A stretch of DNA of 64,000 nt from Candidatus Babeliales bacterium (lineage in GTDB: Bacteria > Babelota > Babeliae > Babelales > Vermiphilaceae). The stretch lies in contig CAVUQO010000002.1 of assembly GCA_963743635.1 (NCBI GenBank), forward strand, positions 448,001 through 512,000. The letters run 5' to 3'. Of this stretch, positions 37,754 through 48,249 are shown in pieces; the first letter of the stretch is position 1; each line of letters starts with the position of its first letter. Below the pieces are notes generated by a model. The model saw only the letters and a program-made list of their open reading frames with translations. It was not told the origin of the DNA and searched no databases. The position numbers and the translations under genes are program-made.

Positions 37754-39943
37754 ATGAACAAAGGATTAATTATTATGTCTTTACTTGCAGTAAATTCTGC
37801 ACGCGATGCTCATTCCATGGACGCTCGCCTGCAAGCGCCGCCTTCCGGCGTTGAATGTTTTCATGAGATTGCAACCCAATATAACACTCAGCTTCCAGAT
37901 CTATGGAATAGCCTTACTCCAGAAGAACGTATATTTGCCTATTACATGACGCGTGCAAGCATTCCCGGCAACCGTATTATGGCTGATCAAAAGCATCGGC
38001 ACGCGGTAGAAATTATCGATCATTTTCATACGATTCTTGATAAAAAAGAGCAGGTAAAAGAGCGTTGCGGTGATGATATGGACGTTGATCAATTTATGCG
38101 TGATGCAGAGCTTTATTCAGTGTATCTTTTCGCGCATCATGGTCACTATTTCTTGAAAGAATTTGCTGATCACAAACGCACACCATCGCGCCTTAATCTT
38201 AAAACATTAACGCCGGAGAATATTTCTAAGGCATTGCAGGCAGTAGGGGTGCCAGAGGCGTCTGCCGTGGTTAACCGATTACATGCATCGATGTTTGATG
38301 CTCAGCATGAACCGACACTCGTAGTGGATGGCAGTATCGAGCAAAGCGCGGGCAACAAATATAGTCCTGATTTTACGCAGGCTGATTTTGAAAGCATGCT
38401 ACCGGAACTTAAGTGCGCGTTAAACGCTTATTTTTACATTGATCAAACTGATGGTAAGCGTGTGCCTAAAGTTCAAATTCATAAAGTTGGTGGTAGATAC
38501 TCAGACGAATTGGATGTTGCGCATCATTGGTTAAGTAAGGCATATGAGCATGCTCGAAAGCATCCAGCACATTTTGATGAACATATTCCCAAAAGCCTGG
38601 CGCACATGCTTGTTTACTTAAAGAGCGGCGATGAAAATGATTTTAAGAAATTTTCGATCGAATGGTTAAAAACAAACAGTCGCATCGATTTCAATTTTGG
38701 TTTTATAGAAACGCTTGATGATCCATTGGCGTATCGCGGCTCGTTTGAAGCGGACGTGACTATTAAGGCTGTCGATATGAAGAAATTAAATGCATTGCTT
38801 CCTGCGCTTGAGCGTCAATTGCCTTTCCCTGATGCATTCAAACGTCAAAATTTAGAGGATACATCGGCAATACCCAATGCTTCCGTGAATGCAAAAGTAT
38901 TTGCATCCGGTGATGCGGGCCCGGTGAAGTGTACAGCAGCCTATTGCTTGCCTAACTATACGGAAATTCGTGCAGCACATGGATCAAAGCAGATTATGTA
39001 TCAGCAGGGTAAAGGGCTTGGTGAACTGGTTAATCCAGAATTAGCATGCAATTTATTCTACATTAAAGAACACAAAGAGTGGCTTGCAAAACATGATTCT
39101 GAACGGCAACTTGCGCGTGATATATGGGATATGCATGTGGTGTTGCATGAAACATTAGGGCATGGCAGTGGCAGAAGTACGCAGCATACGTTTGTAGAAG
39201 GTGATCCGCTCACGATTGGCGGCGTAACCTACGCAGTGGGCGATGTTATTGACGTAACGAGCGACAATAGAACAGAGTTTTTTGGCAAATATGATGGTGC
39301 ATTTGAAGAATTGCGTGCAGAAATTCTTGCACTCTACACGAGTATGTATAATTTTGATGCACTGGCTGCGGGTGGTTTATACAAAGATTGGCCGGCAAAA
39401 CTGAGCAAAGAGACGCTTCAGGAATGGTGTATTCTTGAAATGGGATATTTAGCATTGCGTCGATTACTTGTACAGCCAGATGATGCTACCGAGATCGCAC
39501 AGGCTCATGCGCGTGCTGACACCGCTATTTTCAACTACTTGCTTGACCATGGTGGTTTAGAGCTCGTGGAAGAACAGTATGATGTTAACGGCGTGCCGCA
39601 TACCGTTGTGGGCGTACGCGTAACTGATCTTGCAAAAGCAATGGCAGCCGTCAAAGATATGGCATGCGAAGTGCAGCGCTGTACATCAACTGCTGATGGA
39701 TTGGGCGTTGAGAAGATTATGAAAACCTATGGCGTGTGCGTGCGACATCCGGAATACATTAAAATATTGAAAGCTAATCGTAAGGCTGCGCAGGGAGACT
39801 TGATCGAAGTTGCAGAAATATTCCCACGCTTAACTCCGATTAAAGATGCCGACAATGCGGTGGTGGATGTTGCCGCTGAATGGCCACACAGTTTCCTTGA
39901 ACAACAGCTTGAATTGCATAAGCTTGCGTTTTCTAAAGAGTAA
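37754..39943 (+). CDS. Dipeptidyl peptidase III (M49) with signal peptide
   Basis: HETLGHGSG hexapeptide Zn motif, EELRAE, GFIET..DP...RG.FE, QAHARA. Confidence 0.92.
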   Translation: MNKGLIIMSLLAVNSARDAHSMDARLQAPPSGVECFHEIATQYNTQLPDLWNSLTPEERIFAYYMTRASIPGNRIMADQKHRHAVEIIDHFHTILDKKEQVKERCGDDMDVDQFMRDAELYSVYLFAHHGHYFLKEFADHKRTPSRLNLKTLTPENISKALQAVGVPEASAVVNRLHASMFDAQHEPTLVVDGSIEQSAGNKYSPDFTQADFESMLPELKCALNAYFYIDQTDGKRVPKVQIHKVGGRYSDELDVAHHWLSKAYEHARKHPAHFDEHIPKSLAHMLVYLKSGDENDFKKFSIEWLKTNSRIDFNFGFIETLDDPLAYRGSFEADVTIKAVDMKKLNALLPALERQLPFPDAFKRQNLEDTSAIPNASVNAKVFASGDAGPVKCTAAYCLPNYTEIRAAHGSKQIMYQQGKGLGELVNPELACNLFYIKEHKEWLAKHDSERQLARDIWDMHVVLHETLGHGSGRSTQHTFVEGDPLTIGGVTYAVGDVIDVTSDNRTEFFGKYDGAFEELRAEILALYTSMYNFDALAAGGLYKDWPAKLSKETLQEWCILEMGYLALRRLLVQPDDATEIAQAHARADTAIFNYLLDHGGLELVEEQYDVNGVPHTVVGVRVTDLAKAMAAVKDMACEVQRCTSTADGLGVEKIMKTYGVCVRHPEYIKILKANRKAAQGDLIEVAEIFPRLTPIKDADNAVVDVAAEWPHSFLEQQLELHKLAFSKE

Positions 39944-39988
39944 TCTTGAGATGCGTATAATGCGATAGCAAGGAAGTCTTACACATAA

Positions 39989-40023
39989 AAAAATCCTCAC
40001 GAGAAATCGTGGGGATTTTTTTT
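39989..40023 (+). terminator. Rho-independent terminator
   Basis: AAAATCCTCACGA-GAAA-TCGTGGGGATTTT. Confidence 0.85.
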
Positions 40024-40085
40024 GGAAAAGGAGTACAATGTAGTCGGTATTTACGTGAAACAACCAGAATATGAGGAAATGAATT

Positions 40086-40721
40086 ATGAAAAAAAATCTG
40101 ATAGTGATGATCTTGAGTGCTTTATGTATGAGCGCAGTGCCTGCGCATGCGGTGAAGCAAAATGAGCCGATTCCAAAGGCTTTAGGTTTTGCAGCGATGG
40201 TATCTTTGATGGCACCGATTGAATTTGCTGTTCTTTCAAAAATAGATCGGGGAGTTGGATTTTGGCAAAGCATAAGTGATCCGACCTTATGGGCAGCAGG
40301 TGCGGTTTGTGGCCTTGCTGCCGGAGCTCTATCGTACTATGTGTTAAGCCAATATACTCCGCAAGCAAAGTATGATTATGCTGTTAAGGTAAAAAAGGAT
40401 CTGGAAAAGCATCCGTTATATGTCTGTAGAAACAAATCTGATTTTGAAATGCGCTGTGCGATTAGAGAATATGCTCATAGTGCTGCTCATAAGGATATGG
40501 GATTGCCCTTTGTTGATGCAATGATTGTGCTATGTAACCGACAAGAAACACTCAAGCAAGCTCAGACATACCTTATTGAGGCTGTATCGGACATGCCGGG
40601 CGATAGTGCATTTGAGGAACAGTGTGCAAAATTAGCATCAGAAATAGATGTTGTGATATCAGAGCTTGAAGATCATATGGCGCGCATAATGTCTAACGCA
40701 AGATGGGCTCAAGAGATTTGA
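40086..40721 (+). CDS. Hypothetical secreted/membrane protein, tandem paralog A
   Basis: Signal peptide, two hydrophobic helices; YTPQAKYDYAVKVKKDLEKHPLY identical in paralog B. Confidence 0.75.
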   Translation: MKKNLIVMILSALCMSAVPAHAVKQNEPIPKALGFAAMVSLMAPIEFAVLSKIDRGVGFWQSISDPTLWAAGAVCGLAAGALSYYVLSQYTPQAKYDYAVKVKKDLEKHPLYVCRNKSDFEMRCAIREYAHSAAHKDMGLPFVDAMIVLCNRQETLKQAQTYLIEAVSDMPGDSAFEEQCAKLASEIDVVISELEDHMARIMSNARWAQEI

Positions 40722-40785
40722 TCCAGCAAAAAGATCAGATGTCGGCATATCGCTCAAAAACGTCCTATCTATAAGGGAATAACTA

Positions 40786-41733
40786 ATGAAAAAAAATCTG
40801 ATAACGATAATGTTGAGTGCTCTATTGTGTATTAATGCAGTGCCTGCGCATGCGGTGCGTCCAAGTGAACCGCTATATGTTAGTTTGGGGAGTGCTATCG
40901 GAGTATCTTTAATCGGCCCAATTGCGAGTGCTTGCTTTGGCCCCGGAAGTAGAAGTTTTGAGACGGCAATTAAAGATCCAAAATTATGGCAGGGATGGGC
41001 TGGGTTAGGGCTGGCGTATGGTGCTTTAGGATATTACGTGTTGAGCAAATATACTCCGCAAGCAAAGTATGATTATGCCGTTAAGGTAAAAAAGGATCTG
41101 GAAAAGCATCCGTTATATGCGTGTAAAAATAAATGCGGTCCTGAAGTGCGTCGTGCACTGAGAGAATATGCGAATAGTTTGAACCATGACACTCAGCGAT
41201 TGCCCTTTGTTGATGCAACGATTGCGCTCTTTAAGCAACATGTCACCTTAAAGAAAGCTCAGACATATCTCATTGAAGCTGTATCGGACATGCCGGGCGA
41301 TAGTACATTTGAGGAACAATGTGCAAAATTAGGATCAGAAATAGATGTTGTGCTATTGGAGCTCGAAAAGCATATTGTGCGTATCGTGTGTACAACAGAA
41401 TGGGTTGAAGACTTTGGATCCAGTCCGGCACAATGGGAATGCGCAATGCAATTTTTGTATGGAAATATACCGTCAATCAATGAAATTATTAATATGGTGC
41501 ATACACAAAAGCCAGACGCCGGCATATCGACTCGTAATATTTCTATTTTCTTTACCTGGCCATTTATATCCTCTCTTGAGGATTGGAGTGAGGCATCACC
41601 TGAAGCTACGATGCAAATACAGCAAGAAGAATGGAACAATAAGGAACGCGCTGATGAGCAAGAGAGTGATATCGTAATAAATGAGACTGTTGCGCATTGT
41701 GTGGAAGAAAGAACTCTGAAACGGTCTCGATAG
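40786..41733 (+). CDS. Hypothetical secreted/membrane protein, tandem paralog B
   Basis: High DNA similarity to 40086-40721, longer C-terminus. Confidence 0.75.
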   Translation: MKKNLITIMLSALLCINAVPAHAVRPSEPLYVSLGSAIGVSLIGPIASACFGPGSRSFETAIKDPKLWQGWAGLGLAYGALGYYVLSKYTPQAKYDYAVKVKKDLEKHPLYACKNKCGPEVRRALREYANSLNHDTQRLPFVDATIALFKQHVTLKKAQTYLIEAVSDMPGDSTFEEQCAKLGSEIDVVLLELEKHIVRIVCTTEWVEDFGSSPAQWECAMQFLYGNIPSINEIINMVHTQKPDAGISTRNISIFFTWPFISSLEDWSEASPEATMQIQQEEWNNKERADEQESDIVINETVAHCVEERTLKRSR

Positions 41734-41760
41734 AATGTTATTTGTATAAAGGAAAAATGA

Positions 41761-42426
41761 ATGAAAAAAATACTATTACTCACCACGTTGTCAGTATTGG
41801 TTGGAAATCTTAAAGCATCAGATGGTGCTGAGGGCGTAACGCTAGCAGCTCGGATCATTCGCAATATGTGCTTTGATAAAAAATTGGCCGCGGCCATCAC
41901 CTCAGTGAATGATATGATTGCGGAAATGCAACGTAAGCATGTAGAGTATCTACGCAGCAGAGTGGTATCTGATTATTATGTAGGAAGAGACCGTTATATA
42001 ACGACCCATCATTACTATAAAGGTGATGGAGATGTTATTGATAGCATTAATAAATATAAAAAGGCTTTGGAAAATTTAAATAATACGAACTTGCTTTTAG
42101 CAGCGGGTGATGGCGCTCTTTTGGGAGTGCTTGTATCAATGATAGGCAAGACGTTTAAATTGAATGATAAGATGGCTGGCATAGGGTTAGTATTATCTTC
42201 TGCCCTTTTGACGTTAGCTAAAAATAAACAGGTTGGTAAAGTGCCGTATTGGAGTTACCCAACATTAACCAGCGAAGCCAATTATTTTGGATGGGGAACC
42301 AATATCGGTACATTCCTTTGCATTGCGGGTGCAGGAGCTGCGAGTTATTTGGGCACTAACTTTTTAGTAGATGCGCTTTCAGGGAAAGTATCAGGTATTA
42401 ATGATGCCTTGAAAGGCAGTAATTGA
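41761..42426 (+). CDS. Hypothetical secreted/membrane protein
   Basis: Signal peptide; three C-terminal hydrophobic segments. Confidence 0.7.
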   Translation: MKKILLLTTLSVLVGNLKASDGAEGVTLAARIIRNMCFDKKLAAAITSVNDMIAEMQRKHVEYLRSRVVSDYYVGRDRYITTHHYYKGDGDVIDSINKYKKALENLNNTNLLLAAGDGALLGVLVSMIGKTFKLNDKMAGIGLVLSSALLTLAKNKQVGKVPYWSYPTLTSEANYFGWGTNIGTFLCIAGAGAASYLGTNFLVDALSGKVSGINDALKGSN

Positions 42427-42435
42427 GGAGAGAGT

Positions 42436-42639
42436 ATGAAAACAAAAGATTGGATACTTGGCGCAGTTGAAATGGGCGCATGGTATGCATTGGCATATAC
42501 GCTGCTTTATAGCATCAAACATGACGTAAACCTTTATTGGAGTGCGCTGATTATGGTTGCATTGATGTATCTTGGCGGCATTTCATGCCCGATCGTGAGA
42601 CATTTGCAAGCATGGAAAGATATGTGGCGCGAGCAATAG
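42436..42639 (+). CDS. Small membrane protein
   Basis: 67 aa, two hydrophobic helices, RBS GAGGAG, followed by a terminator hairpin at about 42660-42692. Confidence 0.7.
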   Translation: MKTKDWILGAVEMGAWYALAYTLLYSIKHDVNLYWSALIMVALMYLGGISCPIVRHLQAWKDMWREQ

Positions 42640-42776
42640 CGTACACTGATGCAAATATAAAAAGTCCTCCAAAGAAATTTGGGGGACTTTTTATTGACTC
42701 GTGCCTCCTCTTTCGCGTTATGGTAAGCATGTATGCCTTCGGCGCAAAGATGTGAAAGTAAAAAAAGGGGTGAGGA

Positions 42777-44138
42777 ATGAAGATAAGTTTTTTTGGTGGT
42801 GTGGAAGAAGTTACCGGGTCGCGCTATTTGGTTGAAAGTGATGATGTCAAAATTCTCGTTGATTGCGGGCTTTTTCAAGGTGAGCATGATCTTACCAAGC
42901 GCAATTGGGAACGATTCCCGGTGGATCCAAAAACTATTCACGCGATTATATTAACGCACGCGCATATCGATCACACGGGTTATATTCCGGTATTCGTTAA
43001 AAAGGGATTTAGAGGCAAAATATATTGCTCAAAAGCAACCTATGCACTCTGTGCGATCATGTTAATTGATAGCGGGCATTTGCAAGAAGAAGATGCAAAG
43101 CATATCTATGAGCAGGGTGATGCCGATCATGAGCCTGCAGTGCCACTCTATACCATGCAGGATGCGCAGGATTCATTACCGTTCTTTCATGCGGTTGATT
43201 ATGATACCGTCATACAGCTTGGCACATCGTTACAAGCCACACTCATTCGGTCTGGGCACATTCTTGGTTCATCGTTTGTAGTACTCACCGATGGTAAGGA
43301 AACGCTGACATTTTCTGGCGATCTTGGGCGCCCTGAAGATCTTATAATGAAAGCGCCGCCACATTTGAAGAAAACTGATTATTTAGTACTTGAATCAACC
43401 TATGGCGATCGATTGCATGATAAGGGCGATGCAATAGAGGAATTAGGTAAGGCCGTGCATGACACGATGAAACGCGGAGGGGTTCTCATAATTCCGTGCT
43501 TTGCAGTTGGTCGAACGCAAACGATTTTGTATTGTTTGTATCAACTCAAACAAAAGAAAGCTATTCCTGAAAATCTTCCCATTTATTTAGATAGTCCTAT
43601 GGCGATTAAGGTGACAGATTTGTTGTGCACGTTTGGTGACGAGCATACGTTATCGCCAGCGCTGTGTAAGGAAGTGTGCGACGTGGCTCACTATACACCG
43701 ATGGCAGAAGAATCGAAAAAGCTTGATCATCTGACGCATCCGGCAATTATTGTTGCAGGGAGTGGTATGGCAAATGGCGGACGCGTCATACATCATATAA
43801 AACAGTTTGGTGGTGATCGACGCAACACGATATTATTCGTGGGCTATCAGGCGAAGGGCACGCTCGGGCGTGAATTAATTGATGGTCAGAAGCACGTAAA
43901 AATATTTGGTACATTATATCCGGTGCACGCGGATATCAAAATTATGGATATGCTTTCAGCACATGCTGATTATAACGAAATGCTCGAATGGTTGAGCTCT
44001 TTTGAAAAAGCTCCAAAAAAAGTGTTTCTGACTCACGGTGAACTGGAATCCGCGATCTCATTCAAAAAGAAGATTGAAGACCGGTTTGGTTGGTCCGTAG
44101 TGATTCCAAAGTATTTAGAATCTTTTGAGTTGGAGTAA
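42777..44138 (+). CDS. MBL-fold beta-CASP hydrolase (RNA-processing type)
   Basis: THAHIDH, GHILGS, SGDLG, ESTYG, FAVGRTQ, SAHAD, THGE motifs. Confidence 0.95.
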   Translation: MKISFFGGVEEVTGSRYLVESDDVKILVDCGLFQGEHDLTKRNWERFPVDPKTIHAIILTHAHIDHTGYIPVFVKKGFRGKIYCSKATYALCAIMLIDSGHLQEEDAKHIYEQGDADHEPAVPLYTMQDAQDSLPFFHAVDYDTVIQLGTSLQATLIRSGHILGSSFVVLTDGKETLTFSGDLGRPEDLIMKAPPHLKKTDYLVLESTYGDRLHDKGDAIEELGKAVHDTMKRGGVLIIPCFAVGRTQTILYCLYQLKQKKAIPENLPIYLDSPMAIKVTDLLCTFGDEHTLSPALCKEVCDVAHYTPMAEESKKLDHLTHPAIIVAGSGMANGGRVIHHIKQFGGDRRNTILFVGYQAKGTLGRELIDGQKHVKIFGTLYPVHADIKIMDMLSAHADYNEMLEWLSSFEKAPKKVFLTHGELESAISFKKKIEDRFGWSVVIPKYLESFELE

Positions 44139-44208
44139 GAGCTTAGTTCTTTCACGATCATTAGATTTCCAGCGTATTATCATCAAAAAGCATGAAAAAG
44201 GACAAAAT

Positions 44209-44838
44209 ATGACTTTTTTAGACAAAGTTAATAAAGCAAAAGATTTAATAGCCTTCTCCATACAAAAGTATCCGCGTATTATTGTAGGCTGTTCATTTGG
44301 AAAAGATTCGATGGTAGTACTGCATCTTGCGATTTCTATTAAAAAGGATATCCCAGTATTTGCGGTGTTGTCTGATACTGAGTTTCCTGAGACATATACA
44401 TTCGCGAAAGAGGTTGTGCAGCGATATCACCTGAATTATAAAGAATATGACTTTAAGCAAATTGGAACTGGTGAGCAGTGTTGTGGTGCACCGAAAATCG
44501 AGGCAACCAAGAAAGCCTTAGCAAATTATGATGCGTGGATAGCAGGCATACGCAACACCGAGGGTGTTACTCGTGCGCATTTTAACTATGTGGAGGAAGA
44601 AGCCGGGCTTGTGAAAATTAATCCCATTCTTGAATTTACAGAACTTGATGTTTGGCGTTATTTAGCAGTTTTTGGAGTGCCGGTTAATCCGATGTATGGA
44701 AAAGGGTATCGTAGTCTTGGATGTATGAAATGTTCAACGCCCGAAAAGGATGAATCAGAAACAGAACGCGCGGGAAGATGGCGCGGCACTGCTAAGGCAG
44801 GTGGGGAATGCGGTATTCATACGCATCCATTACGTTAG
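44209..44838 (+). CDS. cysH: APS/PAPS reductase (CysH family, Fe-S cluster type)
   Basis: SFGKDS, DTEFPET, CC and CxxC cluster ligands, GYRSLGC, ERAGRW, C-terminal ECGIH. Confidence 0.9.
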   Translation: MTFLDKVNKAKDLIAFSIQKYPRIIVGCSFGKDSMVVLHLAISIKKDIPVFAVLSDTEFPETYTFAKEVVQRYHLNYKEYDFKQIGTGEQCCGAPKIEATKKALANYDAWIAGIRNTEGVTRAHFNYVEEEAGLVKINPILEFTELDVWRYLAVFGVPVNPMYGKGYRSLGCMKCSTPEKDESETERAGRWRGTAKAGGECGIHTHPLR

Positions 44839-44845
44839 GGGAAAT

Positions 44846-45382
44846 ATGAAAAAGAAATCATTAGCATTATCAAAAGTGTATCAGTTGATTGAGCCGGGGC
44901 CTGTTATTATGGTGACGACTGCGCATGATGACAAACCAAATATCATGACGATGTCTTGGCATATGATGATCGATTTTGAACCGCCGCTTGTGGGGCTTGT
45001 GATGAGTAATCGCAATTATTCGTTTAAAGCACTAGAAAAGACCAAAGAATGTGTGATCAATATCCCGACTGTCGAGCTTGCGCATGAAGTGGTAGGCGTC
45101 GGTAATTGCAGCGGATCGAAGGTGGATAAGTTCAAAAAATTTGATCTGACTCCCGAGCCAGCTTCATTAGTTGAGGTTCCGATGATTGCGCAATGTTATG
45201 CCAATCTTGAATGTAAGGTGGTGGATGCCAAGATGGCCACGAAATATAACATCTTTATTGTAGAGGTGGTTAAGGCCTGGATTGCAACGGCAAAAAAGCG
45301 GCAGCGCACCATTCATCACTGCGGCAATGGGGTTTTTGTGGTTGATGGCAAGATCATCAAGCTGCCCTCGAACAAGAAATAG
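44846..45382 (+). CDS. Flavin reductase family protein
   Basis: EPGPVIMVTT...NIMT.SW...PP, ECVINIP, GNCSG...DKF, ANLECKV. Confidence 0.92.
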   Translation: MKKKSLALSKVYQLIEPGPVIMVTTAHDDKPNIMTMSWHMMIDFEPPLVGLVMSNRNYSFKALEKTKECVINIPTVELAHEVVGVGNCSGSKVDKFKKFDLTPEPASLVEVPMIAQCYANLECKVVDAKMATKYNIFIVEVVKAWIATAKKRQRTIHHCGNGVFVVDGKIIKLPSNKK

Positions 45383-45622
45383 CGATTACCTTTGGGATGT
45401 GCAAAACAGCGGCCAATCTACTATTGAGATCCTTTTTGCATCCAGCCTAGGGGGTGCAGATAGTGCCTCTGGGAGCTGAAATGTGCACTCTTAGACCCCG
45501 CGTCGGCCTCTGCCCTGACTTGTGATATTTTTGCAATTTGGTAATATTAGATATGCAAACCTGTCAGAAACAGGGGTGTATCTGGCGTTCGTCTATATTC
45601 TTGGGGAAATGGGAAAATTCTT

Positions 45623-47498
45623 ATGTGTCGAAAAAGATTATCGTTTATTCTTTGTCTTTTAAGTTTTGGCAGTTTTATCGCTGCAAATCAGGTTGTGAAC
45701 TGATAGTTCTGGCGCTGCAAGATTAGCCAATATTCTGGCTAATAATGAGACCGGTCTCGCTGCTTACAATAAAATCAATGTGTCTCCTGCCGATGTTCAA
45801 AACCTTCCGGTGGATCTCTATTTACGAGAAGCAAGCCGGGCTATGGGCTGCAGAACAGTCTGCGGAGAGGCGTATTTAGAAGAAAACTTAAAAAATCCTC
45901 ATAACAGCCAAGATAAAGCGGCTGTGTTGAGAAAACAAAAAATTATCAAAACATTGGTAGAAAATCCTGCGCTCAAGAAAAAAGTTGATGAATTTCTTCT
46001 ACTGGCTCGTGAGTATGAGCAGGACGTCATTACGTTCTATTCAGATACGTTTAAAAATCAACGGAGCGGGGAGCTTGCGCGCTTGGATGTTACCAAGGTT
46101 GAGTATCCGATAATGTATCCCGTATCGAAGTTTTTGACGGCACAAGATTTTGGCAGAAGCATATACACACTCATCACAGCAGGAACGGGTATTTATGGTA
46201 CTGCAAATGGTGTGTTCAAGAGTGTCAGTGATACCGTCTCTTGCGCAGAAAAAGCGTTGGCGGGGACTACTGAAACGATCAAAATTATTGCGCTAAAAAA
46301 AGCGCTTTCGGGCACAACTGAAACCATTCAGGAGTCGACTACTAGTCCTATGGGCTTTGCGCTTCAAGCGGCTGGATCGGGTACTTGGGCGAGCATTTTA
46401 TCCATGACGTTTTGTTACACGCTTTACAGCTTCTATCATGATTATGCTAATGCATCAGTGAAGCGATCGAAAATGCACGGATTGAGTAAATTGGTTGAAA
46501 TTGCCAAAGAAATTGAAGCATTGAGTGCCGAACATTCAATAGAAACGCAGTTTAAGGTGAGCGATATTCAAGATGAAAAAGGTATCGATCTTCTTGATGC
46601 CTTGAATCAGCCTCGCTATACAGAGAAAACGTCTAACTTCTTTGCCTTGCCATTAGTGCATACGATGTCTTATAAATTGTATACCCATGATAAACAGCTT
46701 GCGCCGGTATTTGCCTGCATTGCGGAAATGGATGCCTATAATGCGCTTGCTACGAAAATCATCGAATCAAAAGATGCCACCAATAAGTTTTGTTTTGTGA
46801 ACTTTATAGATGATGCAAAGCCGCGTATTGAGGCAAAATCATTCTGGAACGTGCTCGTTAAAAACGCAGTGGTAAACGATATGAAAGAAGACAAGAATGT
46901 CATTCTAACCGGCCCTAATGCGGGCGGTAAATCAACCGCGATCAGGGCGCTCTTGCTGAATATTGTGTTGGCGCAAACATTTGGCGTTGCAGCAGCTGAA
47001 GAATTTAATCTCACGATGTTTGATGTGATTCATTCATATCTCAATGTGTCAGACGATATTCTCAATGGGGATTCGCTCTTTAAAGCAGAGGTTAAACGGG
47101 CGCAAAGCATTCTGCAAAAAATTAAATCATTAAATCCGAATCAAAAATATTTCTTTGCATTGGATGAATTATTCACCGGTACGGGCGCTGAATATGGTGA
47201 GCAATGTGCACATCAATTTATAAAGCGATTGGCTCATTACAAGAATGTGCAATTTTTATATGCAACGCACTTTGATAAGCTCAAGTTGATGGGTTACACC
47301 AATCCCGCATTTACCAATTATCAGGTTGATGCGCCGACAAAAAATGATGAAGATAAATTGGTATATCCATTTACGTTAAGTCAGGGCGCAAGCACCGTTA
47401 ATATTGCGCTTGATATTGCAGCTGAGGCAGGACTCTTTGATGAAGACGTTGACTATGAAGAAGCAGCTGCGTTGGATGAGCTCTTAGCGGAAGACTAA
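45623..47498 (+). CDS. MutS domain V ATPase paralog 1 with signal peptide and internal hydrophobic segments (5' region frameshifted)
   Basis: Walker A TGPNAGGKS, SLFKAE, LDELFTGT, YATHF; N-terminus reconstructed from 45623 (MCRKRLSFILCL...GLAAYNK) matches paralog 2. Confidence 0.85.
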
Positions 47499-47582
47499 TA
47501 GTCGCCATTCGGTATAAAAACGTTGACCTCGGAAGAATTAATGTTCTTCCGAGGCCTTTTTTAATTACAATGCGTTATTGGT

Positions 47583-48173
47583 CTAGAATTTTATACCAAG
47601 ACCAGCACCAACGTGCACAGCACTAGCATTTACGTGTTGTTGGAATGAGGCTTGCTGGTACACGTAGTCAATGAATACGTCAACAAACCAGCGTTCGCAA
47701 AATGAGAAATCTAAGCCACTTTTAGCCACAAATCCGATAGACGATTTTGTGCAGGTTGAGCAACCAGAAAATTGAGATTCATCTCTAATACGTATGCCGC
47801 CGAATGTTGGCCCGAGGCCGAGATATCCGGTTAACCAACTGGTGAAATCGTAGGGTGATTTAAGCCCAAAGCTGCCGTTTGTAATCCAGATCGAGGTTGG
47901 GTTGCAAAAGCAGAGTGAATTGCCATGCGCTTGCATGTAATCAATGTTTACCCAGGCTTGCAGGTAGTTGCATACGGTAACTGCGAATTCAGCATCAAAA
48001 TTTCCAGCAGCAGTCCCATAAATATCTCGAAATAAATCACCAGTCGCAATAAATGCAGATCCGCGTACTTTTGCTTCACATTCTACCTTCGCGTTGAGTG
48101 GCGCTTGCAATTGGAGTAACGCTATGCTGAGCGCTGCCGCAGTGAAGCTGCGTTGAATTTGATAACTATTCAT
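47583..48173 (-). CDS. Small outer-membrane beta-barrel protein
   Basis: Signal peptide, amphipathic strands (YLGLGP, GFVAKSG, FVDVFIDY), C-terminal GLGIKF beta-signal. Confidence 0.8.
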   Translation of the reverse strand: MNSYQIQRSFTAAALSIALLQLQAPLNAKVECEAKVRGSAFIATGDLFRDIYGTAAGNFDAEFAVTVCNYLQAWVNIDYMQAHGNSLCFCNPTSIWITNGSFGLKSPYDFTSWLTGYLGLGPTFGGIRIRDESQFSGCSTCTKSSIGFVAKSGLDFSFCERWFVDVFIDYVYQQASFQQHVNASAVHVGAGLGIKF

Positions 48174-48199
48174 TACAGTTCCTTTCGTTTTGTTCCCCG

Positions 48200-48240
48200 C
48201 CCATTCGATTAGGGCGAACGCAGGAAATGATATTCTTTTT
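48200..48240. repeat. Internally deleted copy of the 5166-5298 element
   Basis: CCCATTCGA + AGGGCGAACG + AAATGATATTCTTT in the same order as at 5167-5239. Confidence 0.65.
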
Positions 48241-48249
48241 TATCCTTTC

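Noticed and set aside
41259..41900. 213-aa minus-strand ORF
   Set aside because: Antisense to two well-supported plus-strand genes
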